A DNA stretch of 64,000 nt from Escherichia phage teqhad. Shown here piece by piece: positions 47,174 through 57,095 of the stretch. The translations under genes and the position numbers were made by a program. The notes beneath the pieces are model-generated. The model made no database searches. It worked only from the letters and a program-made list of their open reading frames with translations, and was not told the DNA's origin. The stretch lies in the sequence record NC_054933.1; one strand, given 5' to 3'. How positions within the stretch are numbered: position 1 is the stretch's first letter; every line of letters starts with the position of its first letter.

Positions 47174-47644
47174 TTAATCATGTTTCCACACCCCATCGGT
47201 ATTTGACCAAAGTCGCTGATTATCTGATCCTCGCCACAGCTTTTTAGTCGGAAGATTTTTCTCATACTTCCCATCAATAATAACATCAACATATTTAAGC
47301 ATTTCTAGTTGTTTAATATCTTCAAACTTATATCCTGTCCACAACCAAATGCTTTTATTGGGATAAAGATTTTTAATAGTTTGAACCACAGAGTGAATCA
47401 CGTCTCTGTTATCAGGATAAAGAGGGTCACCTCCGGTTATAGTCAATCCTTCTATATAATCATTATTCAAACATTCAATTAATTGTTCTAGTGTTTCACC
47501 AGTGAATGGAACACCATTTCTAGCATTCCATGTTGATTTATTATAACACCCTTCGCATTTATGCAAACAACCTGTAACGAAAAGAACGACCCTGCATCCA
47601 GGGCCATTCACAAAATCACAGGGATAAAATCTATCGTAATTCAT
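47174..47644 (-). CDS. nrdG: anaerobic ribonucleotide reductase activating protein NrdG (radical SAM, 156 aa)
   Basis: Cys cluster CLHKCEGCYN; 156 aa; 4-nt overlap with nrdD. Confidence 0.85.
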   Translation of the reverse strand: MNYDRFYPCDFVNGPGCRVVLFVTGCLHKCEGCYNKSTWNARNGVPFTGETLEQLIECLNNDYIEGLTITGGDPLYPDNRDVIHSVVQTIKNLYPNKSIWLWTGYKFEDIKQLEMLKYVDVIIDGKYEKNLPTKKLWRGSDNQRLWSNTDGVWKHD

Positions 47645-49458
47645 TGGTGTTTAACCCTATGCATGATTTCTTTATTTTTACCGAGATTAAATCCGCGTTC
47701 GTTCGGATTTCCCAAATAGCCGCATGTTCTTCTTATTGTGTTCATCTTTTTAGGATCAGTTTCTCCACAAATAGAACAAACAAATCCGTTTTCAGTAGGA
47801 GTCATTTCATGGGTACTTCCGCATGTAAAACACTTATCTACTGGCATATTAACACCAAAATAATCTAAATGCTGTGCAGCATAATCCCACACGGCCTCAA
47901 GACCTTTTAAGTTATTTTTCATATCAGGAAGTTCAACATAAGAAATGTGACCGCCGGTCGCAATGAAATGATACGGCGCTTCACGAGAAATCTTTTCAAA
48001 CGGAGTAATATTTTCTTCTACTGAAACATGGAAACTGTTGGTGTACCAACCTTTATCGGTAACATCCTTTACACTTCCATATTTTTCGGTATCAAGTTTA
48101 CAGAAGCGATAACAAAGGTTTTCAGCAGGAGTAGAATACAAGCTAAAAGCAAAACCAGTTCTTTCAGTCCACTGCTTAAGACGAGCATTCATTTTAGTTA
48201 AAATTTCTTGTCCAATATCACGACCGACAAGAATATTCAATTCGTGAATACCAATGTATCCTAAGGACACTGAACTTCTACCGTTTTTAAATAACTCAAT
48301 TATATCATCATCAGGTTTAAGACGAACCCCGAATGCACCTTCTTGGTAAAGAATAGGAGCAACAGTCGCTTTAACTCCTTTTAAGGAACTAATTCTACAC
48401 ATCAAAGCTTCAAAACATAAATCCATTCGCTCATTGAACAATTCGATAAATTTCTGTTCATTGAACTGTGTTCCAATATAAGAATCTAACGCGATACGAG
48501 GAAGATTCAGTGTTACAACACCGAGATTATTACGTCCATCAAGAATTTCATTACCAGTCGAATCTTTCCATACGCTCAAGAAACTACGGCAGCCCATTGG
48601 AGAAACAGGAACAGATGAACCAGTGATATCTTTATTGTTCTTAGCTGAAATAATATCAGGATACATTCTTTTGCTTGCGCACTCTAGAGCAAGCTGTTTA
48701 ATATCATAGTTCGGATCGTCTTTATAAAGATTAACACCTTCTTCAACAAACATAACAAGCTTAGGGAAAATAGGAGTTATCCCATCACGACCAAGACCTT
48801 TAATACGATTTTTCAGAATTGCTTTCTGAATCATTCGTTCAGTCCAGTCAGTTCCTGTACCAAATGTAATTGTTACAAAAGGTGTTTGTCCGTTTGAACT
48901 AAAGAGAGTATTTACTTCATATTCATAAGCTTGGAATGCATCGTATACATCTTTTTCTGTTTTAGATTGAGCATAATTCAACGCATCAGCGATTTGCCAT
49001 TTTTCTGCATCCTCAATATGTTTTGCATAGGTGCGTTTAACATAAGGAGAAAGTACTTTATCTACATTCGCAAAAGTCGTTCCGCCGTATTGGTGAGAAG
49101 CAACTTGCGCAGTAATTTGCGCCATAATTGCAGTAGCAACTCCAATTGATTTAGGAGTTTCAATCTGTGCATTACCTAGCTTAAATCCGTTCTCAAGCAT
49201 TCCTTTTAAATCTACTAAACAACAATTAGTAAATGGAAGAGCAGGGGAATAATCAATATCGTGGAAATGGATAATTCCGCTTTCATGCGCTTTCATAATA
49301 AAAGACGGGACCATATTTTTGGCAATGTGTTTAGACACAATACCAGCCATAAGGTCCCGTTGAGTTGGAAAAACACGAGAATCTTTATTAGCATTCTCGT
49401 TCAAAAGGTCTTTATTAGTTTTATGAATCAATCCTTCAATTTCTTTTTCAATTGTCAT
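47641..49458 (-). CDS. nrdD: anaerobic ribonucleotide reductase NrdD, uninterrupted (605 aa)
   Basis: C-terminal glycyl-radical region ...TCGYLGNP... and Zn site CxxC...CxxC; continuous ORF. Confidence 0.92.
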   Translation of the reverse strand: MTIEKEIEGLIHKTNKDLLNENANKDSRVFPTQRDLMAGIVSKHIAKNMVPSFIMKAHESGIIHFHDIDYSPALPFTNCCLVDLKGMLENGFKLGNAQIETPKSIGVATAIMAQITAQVASHQYGGTTFANVDKVLSPYVKRTYAKHIEDAEKWQIADALNYAQSKTEKDVYDAFQAYEYEVNTLFSSNGQTPFVTITFGTGTDWTERMIQKAILKNRIKGLGRDGITPIFPKLVMFVEEGVNLYKDDPNYDIKQLALECASKRMYPDIISAKNNKDITGSSVPVSPMGCRSFLSVWKDSTGNEILDGRNNLGVVTLNLPRIALDSYIGTQFNEQKFIELFNERMDLCFEALMCRISSLKGVKATVAPILYQEGAFGVRLKPDDDIIELFKNGRSSVSLGYIGIHELNILVGRDIGQEILTKMNARLKQWTERTGFAFSLYSTPAENLCYRFCKLDTEKYGSVKDVTDKGWYTNSFHVSVEENITPFEKISREAPYHFIATGGHISYVELPDMKNNLKGLEAVWDYAAQHLDYFGVNMPVDKCFTCGSTHEMTPTENGFVCSICGETDPKKMNTIRRTCGYLGNPNERGFNLGKNKEIMHRVKHQ

Positions 49459-49928
49459 TTTAAACTCTTTCTAAGCTGCTTCTTGAATGAAGCTATTAAT
49501 TGTGTTTTGGTGTCAGATTCATTATATTCAAATCCTCTTTGAAGCATCTCGGCCATCATTTCCTCTTTTCCTAAACGAGAAAATTCCTTTGATTTATCTC
49601 CAACGAAGTTAGGGTGAATATTATTTTGGGTGTAATCGGATTTTAAATAAGTAAGTAAATTTTCTAACCATTCAAGATAATCAACACCTTGTCCCTTTAA
49701 GCCAGAACGATTAAATTTATGCTTCATTTGACCTTCTGCGGCATTGCAGAGATTACAAAGCAATCCACGTACCTTTCCTGCTTTTGGTCCATTTAATTCA
49801 TGGTCATGGTCGAGGTGATTAGCTTGAACGTCAGGATTTAGTTCTCGTTGGCAAATTAAGCATTTACCATTTTGTGCATCATAAAATTTCTGTTTTTCTT
49901 CTTTGTATAATTTGCCAGTCAATAACAT
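49455..49928 (-). CDS. 49: endonuclease VII gp49 (Holliday junction resolvase, 157 aa)
   Basis: 157 aa, CxxC...H-N-H-type motifs (DHDHELNGP). Confidence 0.85.
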   Translation of the reverse strand: MLLTGKLYKEEKQKFYDAQNGKCLICQRELNPDVQANHLDHDHELNGPKAGKVRGLLCNLCNAAEGQMKHKFNRSGLKGQGVDYLEWLENLLTYLKSDYTQNNIHPNFVGDKSKEFSRLGKEEMMAEMLQRGFEYNESDTKTQLIASFKKQLRKSLK

Positions 49929-49970
49929 AATAAAACCCTTACCTTAAATAGATAAGGGTATTTATTATTT

Positions 49971-50456
49971 TCAAGTATTGTAAAACATTTGATTCAATCG
50001 CTTATATTGCCGAATCTTTTGGTCAGAAAAAGAAATTTGGGTTTCAAGCCATTCAATATATTCTGCCGCAGCTTGCATCAAATTTCCTTCATAGCCATCG
50101 TTATTTTCTTGTGCAGCTAATTTAGCTAATGCGTATGAAATACGTTCACCTTGAAAATCAGCTTTAGGCTTCTGAACAACTTGATTAGTTCTCTCTACAA
50201 CTTCTTCAATTTCGCCATTTTCTACTGATTCAGTATTCCACAAGCACCAATACGTAATTGGCTTATCGTAGATGTTAATAATCTTTCCATCAGAAAGTTC
50301 AATTTCAATAATTCCAGTGTCAGGCTCTATATCATCTTCACATTCTTTTGCAAGTTCACGAACTTTAAAGACAGTACCTGCACTAAGTTCCGGCCAGTAA
50401 TTACACAGCCCTGTATCAGCACGATTAATTCTAAACCACTTATCTACTGTAATCAT
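49971..50456 (-). CDS. pin: Pin-like protein (161 aa)
   Basis: Size and position downstream of gene 49, as T4 pin; internal ATG chosen. Confidence 0.5.
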   Translation of the reverse strand: MITVDKWFRINRADTGLCNYWPELSAGTVFKVRELAKECEDDIEPDTGIIEIELSDGKIINIYDKPITYWCLWNTESVENGEIEEVVERTNQVVQKPKADFQGERISYALAKLAAQENNDGYEGNLMQAAAEYIEWLETQISFSDQKIRQYKRLNQMFYNT

Positions 50457-50579
50457 GTCCCATCTCCATATCAATTAAGTCATTTATCGTTGGTTCATTA
50501 TATACTGTTTCTTCATCAGTGTAAACCGGTTCTTCCGGCTCTGGCTCTACAGTTTCCCATCTAGCCGCCCACCAAGGTT

Positions 50580-50900
50580 TTATAGCGTAATCCATTCTCG
50601 TACTATCTGAGTTACTACACGTTCACGGGGCTCGACTAGTTCAACAGTCGGAACTGCATAATACCAGTCAGAATGATAAGAACCTGACCGAGATTCATTT
50701 ACCGCTACATGTACATTATGTTTTGGACTAAAGTAAACACACTGACGATATTGGCATTTACCATCTTGCACCCAGTCTTCTATTTCGATAGGTTTAAGAT
50801 AATCGGAAAAATCGAAATCATAGTTTTCCGAAAATGCATCATGGTCTTCAATGATTTCGCTCAGAACTGCATCAACATCTAATTTATTTTCAATAGTCAT
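50580..50900 (-). CDS. hypothetical acidic protein (106 aa)
   Basis: Track ORF. Confidence 0.5.
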   Translation of the reverse strand: MTIENKLDVDAVLSEIIEDHDAFSENYDFDFSDYLKPIEIEDWVQDGKCQYRQCVYFSPKHNVHVAVNESRSGSYHSDWYYAVPTVELVEPRERVVTQIVREWITL

Positions 50901-50910
50901 TTTTCACCAA

Positions 50911-51120
50911 TTAATTTCGCAATTTATTAAGTTCTTCATCATCAATCCAGGATTCTAGTCCTGTTGGCAGGTCACATTCAATTTCCCAAAGAAGTTCTTC
51001 AATTTTATGAAGACGATCTAGTTCTTCAGCAGGAATAGTAACCATTGACGGAGCTCTTGCTACATTAATATCGTAAATCATATTTACCCCAGTTTGACCA
51101 TACAATCGCCGTATTTCCAC
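50911..51120 (-). CDS. hypothetical protein (up to 69 aa)
   Basis: Track ORF; start uncertain. Confidence 0.4.
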   Translation of the reverse strand: MEIRRLYGQTGVNMIYDINVARAPSMVTIPAEELDRLHKIEELLWEIECDLPTGLESWIDDEELNKLRN

Positions 51121-51299
51121 TTAGAAATAGACTTTTCACCATTAGAATAATAAACTTCGAGTTTAGCACGATTATTTTTAATTTGAATAACCTTGGCTGT
51201 CATCAAAGTTCCATACCCATAATAAACTGCAACTTCATCACCTACATATACCGCGCTTCCGCGGTAATCATGAATATAGTCATTTCCTTCGAGCATCAT
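51084..51299 (-). CDS. hypothetical protein (71 aa)
   Basis: Track ORF. Confidence 0.45.
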   Translation of the reverse strand: MMLEGNDYIHDYRGSAVYVGDEVAVYYGYGTLMTAKVIQIKNNRAKLEVYYSNGEKSISKWKYGDCMVKLG

Positions 51300-51559
51300 T
51301 TAAAATATTCTCGCAGTTGGTCAAATCCACCAATATGACTTCCATCAGGAGCAAATACTTGTGGCATTGTCAAACCAATTTGAGTATCACGACCTAGTTT
51401 AGTCAGAAGCTCAGCGATTTTCTCATCATCAAAAACACCTTTTTCCGGCATAATGTTGATAAATTCAAACGGCTGTTTCTTCACGGTCAAAAGACGTTTT
51501 GCATTATCGCAATACACACATTTATGAATGTTGCTATCATAACCATATACTTTAAACAT
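51296..51559 (-). CDS. nrdC: thioredoxin NrdC (87 aa, CVYC)
   Basis: MFKVYGYDSNIHKCVYCDNAKRLL...; 87 aa. Confidence 0.8.
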   Translation of the reverse strand: MFKVYGYDSNIHKCVYCDNAKRLLTVKKQPFEFINIMPEKGVFDDEKIAELLTKLGRDTQIGLTMPQVFAPDGSHIGGFDQLREYFK

Positions 51560-51560
51560 A

Positions 51561-51803
51561 TTATTCCTTAATTCCTAGTACTTGTTTAAAAGTCTCGTCG
51601 TAATCAAGACTTTGGCCCGTTTGTTCTTTATGTTTGTATATAATATCACTTACTTCTGATAGCATATTTTTATATGAACGAGTTAAAGCAGATTTAAGCA
51701 CGCTGTATCTATCAGGAAATTTACCATGTTCATTATAATACGCTATTGCTAATTCACGGACTGCCTTTTCAGCAGTCTCCATATATTCTTTACGCTTTGT
51801 CAT
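51561..51803 (-). CDS. hypothetical protein (80 aa)
   Basis: Track ORF trimmed to the internal ATG ([15 protein letters not shown]...). Confidence 0.4.
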
Positions 51804-52086
51804 TTTCTTCTCGGTCAAATCGGTGTTTACAATGGCGGCATTTATAACGAAGATTACTAGTCTGCCAATGAACCAATTGCACCTGTTCAGTTCCACATTC
51901 AGGGCAATTAGGAACGTTTTTAGAAGCCCTTTCGCGACGTTTAACCATAGCCATAATGGCATCCCATGCTGGAGGTTTAAAATCTAAATCGTCAGTAACT
52001 AGCAGTCCTTTATCAAACCCAACGCATGGAGTCCATTCAGGAAAATCTGAAGCTTCGGCAATATCTTCTAATAAACGCTTTTTCAT
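51790..52086 (-). CDS. zinc-ribbon protein (98 aa)
   Basis: CPECGTE...CRHCKHRF. Confidence 0.5.
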
Positions 52087-53009
52087 TTCAGTACCTCAAT
52101 AGCATCACGTAAACCATTTGCTTTGGCGGTTAAAGCCTTAATAACTTTAGTATGCTCTTCAATCTGTTTTTCAACTTCAATCAAACGGGCACTGAGATAT
52201 TCGCGTTCTTCTTTCATAGTATCATTCCCATGATTGGGCTTTGGCGTAGGTTTAAATTTATTAGGGTCCTTTAACTTAATAACAACTTTAGTTTCAAACA
52301 GTGAAAGACCATAATTCGTATTATCATCAAAGGATTCAACTACGTCCATTTTAGACAATAACGTACGAAGATTATAAGTCAAAGAACGAATCGTTTTATT
52401 ATGTTTATTAGCTTCACATGGTTTCATATATGGAAGATTTTTATATATTTCATGCGGAGCACAAACAATAATTGACAATTCAAATGGTCCATTCTGTGAT
52501 GATGGAATGAATTTAGCCGTAACCCAATCTTTTACATTTACATTAATAGTACGATCATCGCCATGACAAAACAGTCTACGAGAATGCTTAAAAATCATAT
52601 TCACATTATTATTAAATTCGTGTGAAAACTCGCTGGCAAATTTTTCTTTACTATTTTTAGAAAACCATTCTTCTAAATAAGTTCTTTTCACGTCATTAAT
52701 AATATTAAATGTAACAACATTAGCATTTGATACATTAGTCTCAATGTAGCTTGGATACATAAATTTTTTAACATTATTAACAGCTATCACAGAAGATAGT
52801 AATCGGGAACGTTTGAACCACTCGAGCAAAGAACCAAGAGAATGTGAATACGCATTTTGTGTATCTTTACAAATATGGTTTTCCCATCCAATATAGTCTA
52901 AAAAATCACGAAGAATATTATTGATTACTGCTCTGTGTCCTATCTGATAATTACGATGTTTAGTAATAAGACTGTCAAAATAATCAATATAATGTTTACG
53001 AGTTTTCAT
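52083..53009 (-). CDS. paralog A of a 4-gene tandem family (308 aa), C-terminal coiled coil
   Basis: Starts MKTRKHY...; central ..L..L...KxMDVV.. segment shared with paralogs B and C; heptad-like C-terminus. Confidence 0.6.
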   Translation of the reverse strand: MKTRKHYIDYFDSLITKHRNYQIGHRAVINNILRDFLDYIGWENHICKDTQNAYSHSLGSLLEWFKRSRLLSSVIAVNNVKKFMYPSYIETNVSNANVVTFNIINDVKRTYLEEWFSKNSKEKFASEFSHEFNNNVNMIFKHSRRLFCHGDDRTINVNVKDWVTAKFIPSSQNGPFELSIIVCAPHEIYKNLPYMKPCEANKHNKTIRSLTYNLRTLLSKMDVVESFDDNTNYGLSLFETKVVIKLKDPNKFKPTPKPNHGNDTMKEEREYLSARLIEVEKQIEEHTKVIKALTAKANGLRDAIEVLK

Positions 53010-53061
53010 GTTCTTCTCACTTGGTTAATGATTTATACTCCGAGCCATCCTTGGCTTTAAA

Positions 53062-54063
53062 TTACTTAATTAACTGTAAAGCTTGTTCAAGACGATCCAG
53101 GCGATTAACAGATTCTTCCCAAATCCTTTTAGCCTGCTCATATTCTTTCTGCGCTTTATTAGAAATTTCTAGAACTTCTTTATAAGCTTTTTCTAATGCA
53201 ATAACTTCTGGACGAATTTCTACCGGTTCAGGCGAATCATCAAGATTATCCATTAGTTCCTCAAGTGTAGTTTCTTCTTTAGGAGTATTCACAATTTCTT
53301 CACATTTTTGTTGGTAAATTTCTTTATCAGTTAGTGAATAAGCACATTTCACTTCACGAAGGCTAATTACGAGTTTATATCCTTCCCAACCGCATATATT
53401 CTTAAAAGGATATGTATGAATATTTTCTACTGTTTCCATACAAAGTAATGCGGTCTCTAATTGACGAGTTATAGTGCTAGCAATTGAGAAAAATTTATTA
53501 ATATTCTTTTGGTTAGTTTCTGGTGTAAAAAATCCATAATTCACAAAAATAGCTACTTTATTTTTATCAAGTTCATATTCTTTTATGATAATCATATCAG
53601 AAGCCAAAGGATGAATTTGACGATAATCGCCATAACATAATTTAGAAGCTGATTTTAGAATTTGCTTCTTGAAAAGTCTGAAATTACTAATCCAACGACG
53701 AGTAAAAATATTCTCAGGGTCTTCTTTATTATTGAGATGATAAGAATTAACATCACCGAACCAATTATATCCTACTACATCTTTAGTTCGTTTAATTTCT
53801 TTCCCAAAATTACCAAGAATATCCCGATTAACCAAATATGAAAGAAGACGAGACTCTTTAAAGGTTTTCTTGATAACATCTTTATCTACACGGCTAGAAA
53901 TTTTACGAATTTCATGAATAAATTTAGTAGAAGAAACAATACCTGCATCAACACTATTGAGCCATTGATTGATAATAGAAAGAACGCTATTTTGGCCAAA
54001 CATCGGTATAGCTTTATCATCAATAACGCTATTGAATGATTTGATATATTCGTTACGAGTCAT
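53062..54063 (-). CDS. paralog B of the 4-gene tandem family (333 aa)
   Basis: Track ORF trimmed to MTRNEYIKSF... (GAGGAG SD); C-terminal coiled coil. Confidence 0.6.
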   Translation of the reverse strand: MTRNEYIKSFNSVIDDKAIPMFGQNSVLSIINQWLNSVDAGIVSSTKFIHEIRKISSRVDKDVIKKTFKESRLLSYLVNRDILGNFGKEIKRTKDVVGYNWFGDVNSYHLNNKEDPENIFTRRWISNFRLFKKQILKSASKLCYGDYRQIHPLASDMIIIKEYELDKNKVAIFVNYGFFTPETNQKNINKFFSIASTITRQLETALLCMETVENIHTYPFKNICGWEGYKLVISLREVKCAYSLTDKEIYQQKCEEIVNTPKEETTLEELMDNLDDSPEPVEIRPEVIALEKAYKEVLEISNKAQKEYEQAKRIWEESVNRLDRLEQALQLIK

Positions 54064-54091
54064 ATTAATCTCCTCAGTAGAAAGTAAGAAC

Positions 54092-54121
54092 ATTATACCA
54101 CATCCTTGTGGCAAAGTAAAC
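54092..54121 (-). promoter_or_regulatory. T4-type early promoter, near-identical to the copy at 7191..7220
   Basis: Minus strand GTTTACTTTGCCACAAGGATGTGGTATAATG. Confidence 0.55.
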
Positions 54122-55140
54122 TAGTTCAGTGCATTTAGTGCATTGTTCAGTTTAGAACGTTGCTTCATGAGATTTTTGACTTTTTCTTGTGCTTTTTCTA
54201 GCATCTTTTCAGCTTCTAGCACTTCATTGGTCGCTTTAACGAGTTCATCATCTACTGCCTTAAGGGACTTCTCAATCGCATCCGCGTGCCATTTTTCAAC
54301 AGGTTTAAGACTCGGATTTTCAATAGGAAGAAAATTCACTTTATTGAATTTCCATGCATCTTTATTGCCTGAACTATACATCCAAAATTTAGGATCGTTT
54401 GATGAGTAATTAGATAAATTTAAGTTATCTTGCACTTCTTGCTTTTTCTCTTGCGGGACTTCGTCCTTTCTCAAAAAATCGTATTTAAATGAAACGATCA
54501 TATCAAGTTCATATGTTGTTGTATGTTCCCAATTTCGCTCAAAACGAGGTAAAATCTTAGAATGAACAGCGGCAACAACATCCATATACTTAAATGCTTC
54601 TGTCAACTGCGATTTAAGGCATTCGCAAATTGAAAGAGAATTTTTTGTATTAGGTTTAAAGCTAATTCGTGCAGTTCTATTATTTTCTTTTAATGGTCTT
54701 ACTTCCATCTGAAGAGTATAACCATCAAATTTCAGGTTCTTTAAGTTAATGTCAGAACCTTTTAATCGACTAGCCGTCGACAAAATTTGCTTTAATTGTT
54801 TACGGAATAGAGCAATAAATCTCCATTCAATACGATAATGATTTGGATTGAAAAATCCAGATGATAAATCGACCTTACTCTGACCAACACCTTGAACAAA
54901 CAGAGGATTTTTATAATCAATAGTTTTACAGAAATCGGTGAGCTGCTCACGAGCAGTCATTTGTGTAATATACCCCGCTTTACTAAAATGACGTAACCAT
55001 TCACTGCTATTCATATATTTAAAGTGAATATCACGATTAACTTTATCAGGGTCTAAATTATTTTGGCACAAAAATGTCATAACATCACGAGTATAGCTGG
55101 CATTACGAACCATATCTTCAATTTGAGAACGAGTTTTCAT
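54121..55140 (-). CDS. paralog C of the 4-gene tandem family (339 aa)
   Basis: Starts MKTRSQIEDM...; C-terminal coiled coil. Confidence 0.6.
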   Translation of the reverse strand: MKTRSQIEDMVRNASYTRDVMTFLCQNNLDPDKVNRDIHFKYMNSSEWLRHFSKAGYITQMTAREQLTDFCKTIDYKNPLFVQGVGQSKVDLSSGFFNPNHYRIEWRFIALFRKQLKQILSTASRLKGSDINLKNLKFDGYTLQMEVRPLKENNRTARISFKPNTKNSLSICECLKSQLTEAFKYMDVVAAVHSKILPRFERNWEHTTTYELDMIVSFKYDFLRKDEVPQEKKQEVQDNLNLSNYSSNDPKFWMYSSGNKDAWKFNKVNFLPIENPSLKPVEKWHADAIEKSLKAVDDELVKATNEVLEAEKMLEKAQEKVKNLMKQRSKLNNALNALN

Positions 55141-55148
55141 GGTGTTCC

Positions 55149-56051
55149 TTAAGATTTAAGTAAATCAACAATTTTAATTAACTTTTCACGCTCAGATTTA
55201 GCTTTACTACTCAATCCAGATAGTCTAAAGATTTCATCGTCATATTGTTGAATAGAAATATTCAGCTCTTCAATTTGCTTATTAAAATAATCAATTTGTT
55301 CAGAATGTTTTTCGTTACTACGAACTGGTACAGGTTTTGTAGGAAATTTAGTTAAACTGGATTCATCCGGGCGATAAATTAAAATACAATTTGAACCAAT
55401 CGGGCATTTAGCACCAGACACATATTCTAATGTTCCAGCTTCCTTTAAAACTTCAAAAGCTAAACAGAGATGATGCCCCATATTGACATAATCTGTAGAG
55501 TGAGCTCTGACGTAATAATCATCTCCACGAGTGCTAAATTTAAAGCATTTAAGGTCTTCTGTATTATTAGTTTTAAAAATCATTTGTTTATCTAAACCTT
55601 TAGCTAATCGAGCGCCTAATGCTAATAATCGTCGTTGATTTTCCCACAAATCCGCAATCATTTGATCGAATGACAATTTCGGCATTAGTCGACCATAAAG
55701 GTCATATCCTTTATTATAATTGCGAAGGATTTCACTCGCATTAATACGAGACAACGCTCCAATTTTATTAAGGGCTTTCATGATGCGATTAGATAAACCC
55801 ATTCCAGACCCATTTGTTCGTTGTAAATGTTTTTCTAATCCAAATCCAATATCAACTTTAAATTTATCTAAAATTTCAGCATGAACATCTCTGTCAATAA
55901 CATTCAAATCCAAAGTTGGGTTAAATCTATGAAAAAATTTATCTGGCTCTCCACGACGAAGTACAGTCCATTCATTTAATTTTTTATTAACTAAAGATTT
56001 AATTACTGCATTGACATTATTAATTACTACTGACATATTTTTCTCACTCAA
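55149..56051 (-). CDS. paralog D of the 4-gene tandem family (300 aa)
   Basis: Similar architecture with a C-terminal coiled coil; the most divergent member. Confidence 0.5.
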   Translation of the reverse strand: MSEKNMSVVINNVNAVIKSLVNKKLNEWTVLRRGEPDKFFHRFNPTLDLNVIDRDVHAEILDKFKVDIGFGLEKHLQRTNGSGMGLSNRIMKALNKIGALSRINASEILRNYNKGYDLYGRLMPKLSFDQMIADLWENQRRLLALGARLAKGLDKQMIFKTNNTEDLKCFKFSTRGDDYYVRAHSTDYVNMGHHLCLAFEVLKEAGTLEYVSGAKCPIGSNCILIYRPDESSLTKFPTKPVPVRSNEKHSEQIDYFNKQIEELNISIQQYDDEIFRLSGLSSKAKSEREKLIKIVDLLKS

Positions 56052-56452
56052 TTTTCAATTTTACTAAATACACAGAATATGATGGAAAAGACTATATAAG
56101 CACCGCATACAGATTGAACTAATACCATTCCAAAGAACCAAACAATATTATCAAACAATGTCTGTTTTACGTCGAAAGGACGTAAACTTACAGTAATATT
56201 ATCGCCTTTTTCTATTGATGAATACATCTCTGGTGAAATATATTCACTAAATCTATAACCGTCTTTGAGTTCATATACGGCAATAAACGATAAACTAGAC
56301 CCCTTTCCTTGAGTTCCTGTAAGGGTATTAACTACAGTAACATCATAATCTTTATAATGCATATAATCATTAATTGCGTAATAACCATATGCAACTACTA
56401 CACATAAACAACATATCAATAAATTCAATCTTTTAATTATCAACTGTTTCAT
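56048..56452 (-). CDS. membrane protein (134 aa)
   Basis: N- and C-terminal hydrophobic helices. Confidence 0.5.
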   Translation of the reverse strand: MKQLIIKRLNLLICCLCVVVAYGYYAINDYMHYKDYDVTVVNTLTGTQGKGSSLSFIAVYELKDGYRFSEYISPEMYSSIEKGDNITVSLRPFDVKQTLFDNIVWFFGMVLVQSVCGAYIVFSIIFCVFSKIEN

Positions 56453-56482
56453 AATAATCTCAATTAAAAGGGCTTAGAACCA

Positions 56483-56506
56483 TTATACCATCCTTGGTAT
56501 AAAGCG
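56483..56506 (-). promoter_or_regulatory. promoter-like element (CGCTTTA box, 11 bp, TGGTATAAT)
   Basis: Minus strand CGCTTTATACCAAGGATGGTATAATGG. Confidence 0.35.
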
Positions 56507-56507
56507 G

Positions 56508-57035
56508 TTATGCGAGTACCGTCTTTAACCGTTCTTCAAACTTCCGAAGAGTATTCTGGCGTTCAGCTCTTTGCTTTTTGTAAGTTTCAATACGCTCTGA
56601 AATGAGAGTGTATCGTTCATTTACTGATTCTTTCATAAAATCAGGAATTTCACGAGAAGCTTTAATCTCATCAAATTTATCAATAACAGCTTGCTCTTCA
56701 GCAATTAAGTTATCATACATCAAAATATCTTTCTTGATGAACTCAATATCTTCTTGAGTTACACGAGATAATTTAGATGCTTTATCCTTTTTGTACTGTT
56801 CGTTAGTATCACGAGACCAGTGTAATGTACGATTTTTATTCGTATTTTTGTAAATTTCTACAATACCAATCTCATCAATAATAACGATCCAATTCCAACG
56901 GGATTTGTAAATTTGTCCTCCATCAACCGTGATTTCACCTCCGATTGAGATGTCATTAAAGAACTTGCTTTGTGCTTCTGATTTAAATTTACCATCATTG
57001 TAATTTACCAGGTTGAAAATATCTTTAGCGTTCAT
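56508..57035 (-). CDS. hypothetical protein (175 aa)
   Basis: ATG after GGAGGAACAGAAA in the conserved leader. Confidence 0.5.
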   Translation of the reverse strand: MNAKDIFNLVNYNDGKFKSEAQSKFFNDISIGGEITVDGGQIYKSRWNWIVIIDEIGIVEIYKNTNKNRTLHWSRDTNEQYKKDKASKLSRVTQEDIEFIKKDILMYDNLIAEEQAVIDKFDEIKASREIPDFMKESVNERYTLISERIETYKKQRAERQNTLRKFEERLKTVLA

Positions 57036-57061
57036 TTTCTGTTCCTCCGTAGTTGATAGTT

Positions 57062-57093
57062 GTATAGTACCACAGAGGAACAGTCTTGTAAAC
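57062..57093 (-). promoter_or_regulatory. T4-type early promoter
   Basis: Minus strand GTTTACAAGACTGTTCCTCTGTGGTACTATAC. Confidence 0.55.
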
Positions 57094-57095
57094 CA

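Noticed and set aside
47641-49458. Group I intron in nrdD
   Set aside because: The ORF is continuous at 605 aa with no internal stop or insertion.
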